Assembly: GCA_002104905.1 (NCBI GenBank)
Contig: MCFE01000266.1
Coordinates: 1-64,000, forward strand
DNA from: Basidiobolus meristosporus CBS 931.73
Lineage: Eukaryota; Fungi; Basidiobolomycota
Direction: 5' to 3'
Length of the DNA stretch: 64,000 bases
Part shown: positions 21,230 to 33,524 of the stretch, piece after piece
Layout of the letters: the number at the start of each line of letters is the position of its first letter
How positions within the stretch are numbered: the stretch's first letter is position 1
Notes under the pieces: generated by a model
Database searches by the model: none
Told to the model about the DNA's origin: nothing
The model's input: only the letters and a program-made list of their open reading frames with translations
Position numbers and translations under genes: made by a program

Positions 21230-24200
21230 CTAAAGTTGAGAGGGTTCTCCTGAATCTCTTATCTTGTGATACCAATATCTTGATGGTTCAGTATTGTCAG
21301 CAAGTTTTGCAAGCTTGAGTCTGTCCCTATGCACTAAGTCTTCCCAGATATTGCCTTGTTTGGCCACCAGTTGGTAAGTTGCAAATGGACATTCTCTGAT
21401 GATCTTGAATTGTCCTGTCCATTGTGGCTCAAACTTCTTCCGAGTGTTGTTTCTTAGCAATACAAGGTTCCCAACTGTCAATGCTTCTGGTGCTATAGTC
21501 TTATCAAATCTCTGCTTCATCTTTTCTGCACTTTGAGATACTTTGGTCTGTGCCTCTTGACATCTTTGTTCCAGTTGCTGGTGTCTACTTGGCTGACTGA
21601 GTTCATCTTCTAAGGTGTCTGTAAGCTTTGGTTGTGTGAGATCTCCTGGAATTCTTGGTTCACATCCATAAACTAAGTAAAATGGTGATTGCTGGGTGGT
21701 GTTGTGTACTCTGACTCTGCATGCAAAGAGTGCTTGGTCTATATACTCATCCCATCTACTGACAACTCCATTTGCATACTTGGTCAGCATTTTTCCAAAT
21801 AATCCATTAAACCGCTCAGTGACTCTATTAGTCCTGGGGTGATATGCCAGGTTTTCAAGTGTCTGATCTGCTGCATTTCCAGGTAAGCCTCTAATGTCTT
21901 TGCTATAAAGTTTGCACCTCTATCGGATAAGATCTCCACCGGGCATCCAAACTTCATCAGGATCTCATGGTAAATGAAACTTGCAACTTCTTGTTCACTG
22001 GCTATTGGTACAGCTTTAGCAACTGGCCATTTAGTGGCATGGTCAATAGCTACTAGGATCCAACGTTTACATTTCCTGGTAGTTGGCAGTCTTCCAATAA
22101 AGTAAATTCCCCATCTCTCAAATGGTCTTACAGGCTCCAAAGGGAAGAGTTTGGCAATTCTTTGTGGCTGGCCTTGATTGATTTGGCAGTTTGGGCATAT
22201 TTTCACTAGCTTCTCAATAACTTGTTTCATTCTGGGCCACCATGCTCTGGCTTTCACAAGGCTATAGGTTCCTTCAATCCCAAGATGTCCATATCCATTG
22301 TGTAGCTTATGTATTAAATCCAGGCGAGCAACATAAGGACAATAGGCAATAGGGCTTCCATCAACAATTTGGTAGAGTGTTTCATCCTGTACAACAAATT
22401 TGCTGGCTTCATCACGGATTATCTTCTTGATATCTTCATCCACCTCATTAGGAATGGCTTGGTCCTCCAAGTACTTTGGTAATAGGCTAGGCCAATCTGA
22501 TTCATGCACCAAGTTGAGTTGTGCAACTTGATCTAATCTTGATAAGGCATCAGCAACCGTGTTGTTTTTTCCTGGGCAGTAGACAATCTCCAGGTCAAAT
22601 TGCTGAATTTATTCACTCCATCTTGTCATTCTTCTAGAGAGTACCTTCTGAGTAAGTATATACTTGAGGGAGGCATGATCAGTCTTCACAGTGCATTTGA
22701 CTCCTTCAATATAGCATCTCCATGTCTTCAAACAGTGTATTATAGCAAGCATCTCCTTCTCATGGACTGGATAGTTTTGTTCTGCTGAGTTCAGTTTGTT
22801 GGATTCAAAGGCAACAGGGTAGTCCTTTCCCTTGTGTTCTTGGCTCAGCACTCCACCAATTGCATAATCTGAAGCATCTGTGCACAGAGTGAACTCTTTC
22901 CTGAAGTCTGGTATTCTTAGGCTTGGCAGCTTAGCAAGTTCATTCTTGAGCGTCTGAAATGCAGTCTCACAGGCTATGTCCCACTTGTAGGTATTGTCTT
23001 TCTTGAGGATATCAGTTAAAGGGGCTGCAATACTTGCAAAGGACTTGACAAATCTCCAATAATAGGAAACCATTCCAAGGAATGATCTGAGTTCTGATAT
23101 GCTATGGGGCTGCTTCAAATTCTTGATTACTTCCACCTTCTTTGGGTCTAAGGTTACTCCTGTGCTAGTCACTATGTGTCCCAGGTATTCGACGTGCTCC
23201 TTGAAGAATTCACACTTGGCTAGCTTGCCATATAGCTTGTTCTCTCTTTGTTTCTTCAAGACCATTTCAATGTGCACTACGTGATCCTCTTCTGTCTTGC
23301 TGTATATCAATATGTCATCCAGGTAGATTATCACAAACTTGTCTAAGTACTCCTGAAAGACAGTCTGCATCAGCATCATGAATGTTGCAGGGGCATTGGT
23401 GAGGCCAAAACTCATGACTAAGTACTTGTAATGTCCATATCTGGTCCTGAATGCTGTCTTGGGGATGTCTTCTGGCTTCACCCTAATCTGGTTGTATCCT
23501 GACATGAGGTCAATCTTGCTGAAAATAGTGGCTCCATTAAGTTGGTCTAAAAGCTCATCAATCCAAGGTATGGGGTACTTATTCTTGACGGTAACTGAGT
23601 TCAGGGCTCTGTAGTCAATGCACATCCTAAGTGTTCCATCCTTCTTTTTCACAAAAAGCACTGGAGCTCCCAAGGGTGACTTGCTGGGCCTGATATAGCC
23701 TTGCTCCAATAGCTGATCAATTTGTCTCTTCATTTCCTCCAATTCTAATGGACTCATTCTGTAAGGTGTCTTGCTCACTGGAGGGCTATCTCCTGTGTCA
23801 ATGGCATGATCCACGTCTCTGACTGGTGGTAGGCTTACAAGCTCATCTGGAAACACGTCTAAATATTTCTTCAAGAGAGTCTGGACCTGCTGGGGTGCTG
23901 GGGTAGAGGAATCCTCCTGTAATACCGCCATGAGGAACATCTCGGTACCTTTTCTAAGTGCTCTACAGAACTGGGTCTTGCTAAGTTCACTTGTCTCACA
24001 CACACTGGAATTGACCAAGTTGAAATCCAGCCTGGCAGGTAATAGCTCATAGGTCTTGTTGTCTTTTTGGATCTGAGTAGCATGGGTTCTCCAGTTGATT
24101 GATGGATTACGACAAAATAGCCAGGTTTTTCCAAGTACAAGGTCAAACTTGCAGTTCCCAAATATATAAGCCTGTAGGTCTTCTTCATAGTCATTGATCT

Positions 24201-25363
24201 TCATTCTTACTGGCTGGGTAATACGGTTGATTATGTGGGAGTTCCCATCAGCTGTGGAGACTGAAGTTGATTTGGTAGGTTCCAAGTTGATTCCAGCTTT
24301 CAAAGCAAATTGCTCTGACATGTACTCATGCAATGCTCCTGAGTCAATCATGATCTTGGCAGGTACTCCATTGATTACTCCATTCAAGTACAATAACTTC
24401 CCTGAGTTTGAGGTCATTTGGGACAAGTACTCTTCTGTCATATGGAAGGTGAGTTCCAAGTCTTCTTCAAGCTCATCTTCCACATTACTGTGTTCATGGG
24501 ACTCAATATGGTTGAAGGTTCTTGTTGGCTGGTGTCCATTTCTTCTCTGAGGGCAGTACTTTGCAATATGTCCCTGCTGGTGGCAATTGAAGCAAAGTCC
24601 TCTCTTCTTGCATTCTTCTGAGGAGGGATTCTTCTGCATAGCGTCTATTTCCATTGGTACTGCTTCTGATTGTCTTCTTTCATAATGATTATAGCCTTTC
24701 TGATTAGTCACTGTAGGCTTCCCAACTCCAAACATAGCTGAGTCATAGTCAATGGCAATCTTGATGGCTTCTTCAATAGTCTGAGGTCTTTGGTAATTGA
24801 CTTCCTTGCAAGTTCTTTCTTTCAACCCATCAATAAAGTATTCAACTTGATCCAAGGGGTCCATTCTTTCAATTTGTCCAAGTAGACATCTGTACTCATA
24901 GATGTATTCTTGCACCATTCCTTTCTGTCTGAGTGTCTTTAACTTCCTTCTTAGTAGTGTCTGCTGGTGTGGAGGTTCAAAAGCATCCTGAATTTCCGAC
25001 ACAAACTCATCCCAGGTAGAGATTGTAGAGCATCCCATCATAGTAGGCTGACCTGATCTTGTTGTGGTACCACTGTAAAGCTGCATCTGCCAGGTAAGAA
25101 GCTGCATAATGCAACTTGCTCTCTGGAGCAATTCCTTTAGCTTTAAAAGCTTCTTCAATCTGAAAGAGCCAAGTTCCCAGGTTTTCATTGACTCTGCCAT
25201 GGTACCAGTTGACCTTCACACTAAAGTTGCTCTTGACAGGGCTTTGCTGGCTCTGAGCCATGGTAGTCATTCCTTGTTGCTGTTGGCTGAGGATCTGGAG
25301 TAGCTGTTGCTGTTGGGCCAGGATTTGCTGCATGGCATTCTTCCATTCTTGATTGTCCGACAT
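21230..25363 (-). pseudogene. Disrupted gag-pol, downstream unit of the dimer
   Basis: Split into ORFs 25007-25363, 22609-25200, 21784-22512 and 21230-21790 by a +1 insertion near 25047, a stop at 22609 and a frameshift near 21850. Confidence 0.92.
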
Positions 25364-25421
25364 CTTGAGGGTGGTTTCTTCTTTCTTCAGGAGGGAGGTT
25401 TCTGGTTATTGCTGCTACCAA

Positions 25422-25789
25422 TGTTACAAGTCTTGGTATAAGAGTTGTAGAGGAATAGGGAGTTTAGCTAGTATTGTATTCACTAAAACTTGAACTGATT
25501 TTTATTGAGGTTCCAGCAGCTCCTTATATACATTTTGCCAGATCAATTGCTGACTAATTGTATTTCCTAATGTAGGTTGTGGCTGATGACTCATTTGATT
25601 GCATCATCATCACCCAATAAGATCCTACTTAATATATCTATTTCTGTCTGATAAGGATCTGCTGATTCATTTGCTGACTAATGCTACTGATTTCATAGAT
25701 AATACTGATATACTGATAACCTAAACATATACTAATTGATTTGACTAAAAACTGATCTAACTTAAACATTCAAGCGGCAGATCATAACA
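25422..25789 (-). repeat. Gypsy dimer shared central LTR
   Basis: 368 bp; flanked by PPT (25790 side) and PBS (25421 side). Confidence 0.95.
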
Positions 25790-25799
25790 TTCTCCCCTA

Positions 25800-28700
25800 C
25801 TAAAGTTGAGAGGGTTCTCCTGAATCTCTTTTCTTGTGATACCAATATCTTGATGGTTCAGTATTATCAGCAAGTCTTGCAAGCTTGAGTCTGTCCCTAT
25901 GCACTAAGTCTTCCCGGATATTGCCTTGTTTGTCCACCAGTTGGTAAGTTGCAAATGGACATTCTCTGATGATCTTGAATGGTCCTGTCCATTGTGGCTC
26001 AAACTTCTTCCGAGTGTTGTTTCTTAGCAATACAAAGTTCCCAACTGTCAATGCTTCTGGTGCTATAGTCTTATCAAATCTCTGCTTCATCTTTTCTGCA
26101 CTTTGAGATACTTTGGTCTGTGCCTCTTGACGTCTTTGTTCCAGTTGCTGGTGTCTACTTGGCTGACTGAGTTCATCTTCTAAGGTGTCTGTAAGCTTTG
26201 GTTGTGTGAGATCTCCTGGAATCCTTGGTTCACATCCATAAACTAAGTAAAATGGTGATTGCTGGGTGGTGTTGTGTACTCTGACTCTGCATGCAAAGAG
26301 TGCTTGGTCTATATACTCATCCCATCTACTGACAACTCCATTTGCATACTTGGTCAGCATTTTTCCAAATAATCCATTAAACCGCTCAGTGACTCCATTA
26401 GTTCTGGGGTGATATGCCGAGGTTTTCAAGTGTCTGATCTGCTGCATTTCCAGGTAAGCCTCTAATGTCTTTGCCATAAAGTTTGCACCTCTATCGGATA
26501 AGATCTCCACAGGGCATCCAAACTTCATCAGGATCTCATGGTAAATGAAACTTGCAACTTCTTGTTCACTGGCTATTGGTACAGCTTTAGCAACTGGCCA
26601 TTTAGTGGCATGGTCAATTGCTACTAGGATCCAACGGTTGCATTTCCTGGTAGTTGGCAGTCTTCCAATAAAGTCAATTCCCCATCTCTCAAATGGTCTT
26701 ACAGGCTCCAAAGGGAAGAGTTCGGCAATTCTTTGTGGCTGGCCTTGATTGATTTGGCAGTTTGGGCATGTTTTTACTAGCTTCTCAATGTCTTGTTTCA
26801 TTCTGGGCCACCATGCTCTGGCTTTTACAAGGCTATAGGTTCCTTCAATCCCAAGATGTCCATATCCATTGTGTAGCTTATGTATTAAATCCAGGCGAGC
26901 AACATAAGGACAATAGGCAATAGGGCTTCCATCAACAATTCGGTAGAGTGTTTCATTCTGTACAACAAATTTGCTGGCCTCATCACGGATTATCTTCTTG
27001 ATATCTTCATCCACCTCATTAGGAATGGCTTGGTCCTCCAAGTACTTTGGTAATAGGCTAGGCCAATCTGATTCATGCACCAAGTTGAGTTGTGCAACTT
27101 GATCTAATCTTGATAAGGCATCAGCAACCGTGTTGTTTTTTCCAGGACAGTAGACAATCTCCAGGTCAAATTGCTGAATGTATTCACTCCATCTTGTCAT
27201 TCTTCTAGAGAGTACCTTCTGAGTAAATATATACTTGAGGGAGGCATGATCAGTCTTCACAGTGCATTTGACTCCTTCAATATAGCATCTCCATGTCTTC
27301 AAACAGTGTATTATAGCAAGCATCTCCTTCTCATGAACTGGATAGTTTTGTTCTGCTGAGTTCAGTTTCTTGGATTCAAAGGCAACAGGGTAGTCCTTTC
27401 CCTTGTGTTCTTGGCTCAGCACTCCACCAATTGCATAATCTGAAGCATCTGTGCACAGAGTGAACTCTTTTCTGAAGTCTGGTATTCTTAAGCTTGGCAG
27501 CTTAGCAAGTTCATTCTTAGTGTCTGGAAGGCAGTCTCACAAGCTATGTCCCACTTGTAGGTATTGTCTTTCTTGAGGATATCAGTTAAAGGGGCTGCAA
27601 TACTTGCAAAGACTTGACAAATCTCCGATAATAGGAAACCATTCCAAGGAATGATCTGAGTTCTGATATGCTATGGGGCTGCTTCAAATTCTTGATTACT
27701 TCCACCTTCTTGGGTCTAAGGTTACTCCTGTGCTAGTCACTATGTGTCCCAGGTATTCACGTGTTCCTTGAAGAATTCACACTTGGCTAGCTTGCCATAT
27801 AGCTTGTTCTCTCTTAGTTTCTTCAAGACCTTTTCAATGTGCACCATGTGATCCTTTTCTGTCTTGCTGTATATCAATATGTCATCCAGGTAGATTATCA
27901 CAAACTTGTCTAAGTACTCCTGAAAGACAGTCTGCATCAGCGTCATGAATGTTGCAGGGGCATTAGTGAGGCCAAAACTCATGACTAAGTACTTGTAATG
28001 TCCATATCTGGTCCTGAATGCTGTCTTAGGGATATCTTCTGGTTTCACCCTAATCTGGTTGTATCCTGACATGAGGTCAATCTTGCTGAAAATAGTGGCT
28101 CCATTAAGTTGGTCCAAAAGCTCATCAATCCGAGGTATGGGGTACTTATTCTTGACGGTAACTGAGTTCAGGGCTCTGTAGTCAATGCACATCCTAAGTG
28201 TTCCATCCTTCTTTTTCACAAAAAGCACTGGTGCTCCCCAAGGGTGACTTGCTGGGCCTGATGTATCCTTGCTCCAATAGCTGATCAATTTGTCTCTTCA
28301 TTTCCTCCAATTCCAATGGACTCATTCTGTAAGGTGTCTTGCTCACTGGAGGGCTATCTCCTGTGTCAATGGCATGATCCACGTCTCTGACTGGTGGTAG
28401 GCTTACAAGCTCATCTGGAAACACGTCTGAATATTTCTTCAAGAGAGTCTGGACCTGCTGGGGTGCTGGGGTAGAGGAATCCTCCTGTAATACCGCCATG
28501 AGGAACATCTGGGTACCTTTTCTAAGTGCTCTACAGAACTGGGTCTTGCTAAGTTCACTTGTCTCACACACACTGGAATTGACCAAGTTGAAATCCAGCC
28601 TGGCAGGTAATAGCTCATAGGTCTTGTTGTCTTTTTGGATCTGAGTAGCATGGGTTCTCCAGTTGATTGATGGATTACGACAAAATAGCCAGGTTTTTCC

Positions 28701-29930
28701 AAGTACAAGGTCAAACTTGCAGTTCCCAAATATATAAGCCTGTAGGTCTTCTTCATAGTCATTGATCTTCATTCTTACTGGCTGGGTAATATGGTTGATT
28801 ATGTGGGAGTTCCCATCAGCTGTGGAGACTGAAGTTGATTTGGTAGGTTCCAAGTTGATTCCAGCTTTCAAAGCAAATTGCTCTGACATGTACTCATGCA
28901 ATGCTCCTGAGTCAATCATGATCTTGGCAGGTACTCCATTGATTACTCCATTCAAGTACAATAACTTCCCTGAGTTTGAGGTCATTTGGGACAAGTACTC
29001 TTCTGTTATATGGAAGGTGAGTTCCAAGTCTTCTTCAAGCTCATCTTCCACATTACTGTGTTCATGGGACTCAATATGGTTGAAGGTTCTTGTTGGCTGG
29101 TGTCCATTTCTTCTCTCAGGGCAGTTCTTTGCAATATGTCCCTGCTGGTGGCAATTGAAGCAAAGTCCTCTCTTCTTGCATTCTTCTGAGGAGGGATTCT
29201 TCTGCATAGCGTCTATTTCCATTGGTACTGCTTCTGATTGTCTTCTTTCATAATGATTATAGCCTTTCTGATTAGTCACTGTAGGCTTCCCAACTCCAAA
29301 CATAGCTGAGTCATAGTCAATGGCAATCTTGATGGCTTCTTCAATAGTCTGAGGTCTTTGATAATTCACTTCCAGACAAGTTCTTTCTTTCAACCCATCA
29401 ATAAAGTATTCAACTTGATCCAGGGGGTCCATTCTTTCAATTTGTCCAAGCAGACATCTGTACTCATAAATGTATTCTTGCACCATTCCTTTCTGTCTGA
29501 GTGTCTTTAACTTCCTTCTTAGTAGTGTCTGCTGGTGTGGAGGTTTAAAAGCATCCTGAATTTCTGACACAAACTCATCCCAGGTAGAGATTGTAGAGCA
29601 TCCCATCATAGTAGCTGACCTGATCTTGTTGTGGTACCACTGTAAAGCTGCATCTGCCAGGTAAGAAGCTGCATAATGCAACTTGCTCTCAGGAGCAATT
29701 CCTTTAGCTTTAAAAGCTTCTTCAATCTGAAAGAGCCAAGTTCCCAGGTTTTCATTGACTCTGCCATGGTACCAGTTGACCTTCACACTATAGTTGCTCT
29801 TGACAGGGCTTTGCTGGCTCTGAGCCATGGTAGTCATTCCTTGTTGCTGTTGGCTGAGGATCTGGAGTAGCTGTTGCTGTTGGGCCAGGATTTGCTGCAT
29901 GGCATTCTTCTATTCTTGATTGTCCGACAT
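25800..29930 (-). pseudogene. Disrupted gag-pol, upstream unit of the dimer
   Basis: TAG at gag codon 7; ORF pieces 28194-29900, 27740-28288 and 25800-27422 are separated by single-base indels. Confidence 0.92.
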
Positions 29931-29988
29931 CTTGAGGGTGGTTTCTTCTTTCTTCAGGAGGGAGGTTTCTGGTTATTGCTGCTACCAA

Positions 29989-30357
29989 TGTTACAAGTCT
30001 TGGTATAAGAGTTGTAGAGGAATAGGGAGTTTAGCTAGTATTGTATTTACTAAAACTTGAACTGATTTTCATTGAAGTTCCAGCAGCTCCTTATATACAT
30101 TTTGCCAGATCAATTGCTGACTAATTGTATTTCCTAATGTAGGTTGTGGCTGATGACTCATTTGATTGCATCATCATCACCCAATAAGATCCTACTTAAT
30201 ACATCTATTTCTGTCTGATAAGGATCTGCTGATTCATTTGCTGACTAATGCTACTGATTTCATAGACAATACTGATATACTGATAACCTAAAACATATAC
30301 TAGTTGATTTGACTAAAAACTGATCTAACTTAAACATTCAAGCGGCAGATCATAACA
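29989..30357 (-). repeat. Gypsy dimer outer (5') LTR
   Basis: 369 bp, followed on the minus strand by PBS TTGGTAGCAGCAATAACC. Confidence 0.95.
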
Positions 30358-33155
30358 ATACTACACTTTCTCCTAGATAATTCTGCTCTGACACATCTGT
30401 TTTGGCCTGCTTGTCCCTTGCTGACACTCTCATGGCAACTTAATGTTACTATCCTCCTTGCTTTGAGCTCTTAACCATGGTGGTGATGGACTCCTGTAAA
30501 ATCCGCTGGTTCTTACCACTGCCAGGTCCTTCACTGCTAATTTGACCTGGTGTTTCTTGAGTAGTACTACACCTTTTCCTTGATTAATGTTGCGCTGGTG
30601 CATCTGAATCTGCCTACTTGTCCCTTATTTACACTCTTCCAGCTGCCTGACATCTCTTTGACACTTGTCTGGAGCTTTTGGCCCTGCTTATAATGGCTCT
30701 TGAGGAAGCCACTGGTTTTTAGCCTTTGCACCCTTGTTCTTCTGCCTTCAATAGTCTTTGCTATTTTTGAGAAACTTTCTTAGCATATCAATGCTGGCCC
30801 AAAAACCTTTTGCTTGTTTGAATCCGGGATTAGGCTCATGGAGCAAGTCTAGCACATTTTACTTGGCTTTCAGTTCCTGATGGTCCCATGGTATCCTGGC
30901 CTTAAGGTGATGGCATGCTAGACCTCTAGCAGCCTCTTAAATAGTAGCCCACTCTTCATCATTGCATTCAAAAGCTTCATGGATCATCAATGTCTTTTGA
31001 TTTTTAGGCTCTAATATAAACACTTCATTTTTGCCTTCCCATGCTGTGATAGGTTTTCAATGGGCTTTATCTTTGGGCACTGTTGTTTTGCTTCAATGAC
31101 TGTACAGTGTTCCTCTGCTGCTACATCAGGAAATGGCTCAATTCTTGGCTGTGACATCAAGCTACTTGGGCTCCCTCTTAGCAGCAATGATCCGACCTTC
31201 TCTACCAGGAAGTTGATTGATCTACACCTTTTATCCACTCACCTTGATTCTGGACTGTTTCCTGACTTCTCAGGGTCATTGCATCTATCCTGTCTGCCAC
31301 AGCGCCAAATTGCCTCATTACTGCTCTGGTATGAGCTAACAACATGATTGCTAATATATGTGGTAGTGTAGTGATATTATGATAGTCACTCTCTGGTCTT
31401 TAGCTGAAGGTACTGTTTTTGCTACGTTCTCATCTGCCTCAGAAGTATGATCAGCTTGCAGCTCCACAGAGATTCCCATTTGCCTACTTGACTGAGAGCT
31501 GGAGAAGTCCTCCTTATTCCCTTGAGTGGGCACACTGTCCACAGGGCCTTTTGTGGTTGAAGCCCTGCTTGTTGCACTGAATGTCAAAGCAAGCTGTTGT
31601 CTAACTATTCTTCTGCTGCTGTTGGCAGTGGGGCTTGGTTGGGAACCACATAACTTTACTTTTTTTTTGACGGCATGTGTATGAAAGTGAGTCAAACCAA
31701 GGGGGAAATAGTGTTGCATATATGTTTATATGTGGTGTCACAACTACATTTAAAATGCTTACTATGGCAGGTCATCACTGTATTGTACATTCATGTAGGT
31801 GCAATGTCTCTGATACAAGACTGTCTTAAATTCACATGAGTATTGATAAAAAAGTGATGTAATAGTGTCATATTGTTAAGCGCCAAACTGTTTGCCCTAT
31901 GGACAAGACTACTTTGATTTAACAATATAGGAGAAGAGAAAGGAGACCATGCAACTATTGTGGCAAGCCTCTTAGCCATGAAGCACACAGACAACACAGG
32001 GAGTACAACAAGGATCACGGCTAGTGTTCTGCCACACAAGTCATATGTGACCATGAACCAGTCACTACTGTGCTAACAATATCTTGCCAGCCACTGATAC
32101 TTCTACAGTGGCATCTGGCCATACTGGTCACCTTGCACACACTGAGTCAGGAGAGTTTGCAATACCTTTAGGCTCACCTCAGCCCTCTGATTATGGCATG
32201 CAGAGTGATAACTCTGAAGAAGCAGGCTCATTGACTAATTGTGAGCCTATCTTCCCTAACAACATTACCCTGTATGAGCCTGGTAAGATCCCATTATGCA
32301 ATGAGACAACTCCTGTGGAAAAAAATGCCAAGGATACTTTATGGAATCATGTGGTTCCAGTAATCCATCTACTAGTGAATGATGTGATGTTGTGGCTAGA
32401 GAAGTGGCACATTCCCACTAATATCAGCAATGGGTGCTTAGAGGATTTGCTACTAATTCTTGCTAAAATCCTTATGGGATGCAACTGACCATGTGTATGG
32501 TATAAATACAAATTATCATTCAGCTGGCAACATAAGAATCCAAGACTGACCCAATACAAGCATATGTTTAAAGTTGTATGGTGTTCACATAAGACAATGC
32601 CACCATTGCATGATGTTCAATTTGTCAGGAATCCCCACAATTGGCAGAAAACATTGTTTATACTCTGGATATGTTCCAGTAATATGCTGTGTAAAGAAGT
32701 CCATGCAATCCAACAAATATTATGAAGCTATAAAGTACTGCACTGAATATCAGTCAAGCGCGAACATATTTGATGGCAAATGTCACAAGCAGCTGCAAAG
32801 CAAGGGTTACTTTGAAGGTATACAAGAACATGACTTTGCCTTGGCACTTGATAGATTCTCATTAAACAAGTACTGCACCAGCAACTCCTGCAGGCCACTG
32901 ATTCTCATCAGCCTGAATCTGCTACCTATCTTATGGTATCAGGGCCAGAATCTGATGGTAGTCTCACCAGTATCTGGGCCCAAATCACCGTCCAACCAAG
33001 ATATCTACCTGTATCCATTGTGGGATGAACTTTATATGCTTTTTAGCCAAATAACAATATATAACCCTTGTGTACAAGAGCATATAATTATCTGCATTGG
33101 AGATACCCCTGCCATCAGCAAGGTAGCCTGCTTTTCTGGGCACAATGAAAAGTAT
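30358..33155 (+). pseudogene. Spacer blocks and Tnp2-like transposase N-terminal relic
   Basis: ORF 32574-33218: FDGKCHKQL...ALALDRFSL...PLILISLNLLP...VSGPKSPSNQDIYLYPLWDEL...DTPAISKVACFSGHN, resembling Transposase_21 (tnp2) motifs. Confidence 0.72.
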
Positions 33156-33524
33156 TGTTACAATTTAAGAAGTGATTTGGATATAAAGAACTTATCAAGA
33201 AATAGTGTTAGTAGTTGAACTGTTGTCAATTAATAAAGAGGCTCAGTATTTATACCTTTGTAGAAGTAATACAGCTGCAACACTAAGTAAGCAGAGTTTC
33301 ACAATATTCAGGAGCATTCTGTAACAGTTCCAGAGCTAGTGCATAATAGTTAGTATTGGTGCTAATTTGATCCTGACTGTAGGGGAATAATCATAAGATC
33401 ATAGATCTGAAGTAAGTGGCAAAGTTAGAGCTGTAAATTAGTCCCATAGTGACCAAGACTAATCCAGAATTGTTAAGTAAATTTTTAGCTGCAGAATGAT
33501 ACCAAATAGTCCAATATTTCAACA
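33156..33524 (-). repeat. Copia 3' LTR (369 bp)
   Basis: TGTTGAAAT...TTGTAACA on the minus strand; roughly 30 differences from the 5' LTR by eye. Confidence 0.93.

Larger units (their letters stand above)
20851..30357 (-). mobile_element. Head-to-tail Gypsy dimer LTR-int-LTR-int-LTR (9,507 bp)
   Basis: Three LTRs; the central one has a PPT on one side and a PBS on the other. Flanks GTAC/ATAC form a 4-bp TSD with one mismatch. The rejoined flanks align with the reverse complement of ~7880-7990. Confidence 0.95.

Noticed and set aside
30358-32560. CACTA/CACTG termini for the Tnp2 element
   Set aside because: No convincing TIR or TSD pair was found around any Tnp2 relic, so element boundaries are not claimed.
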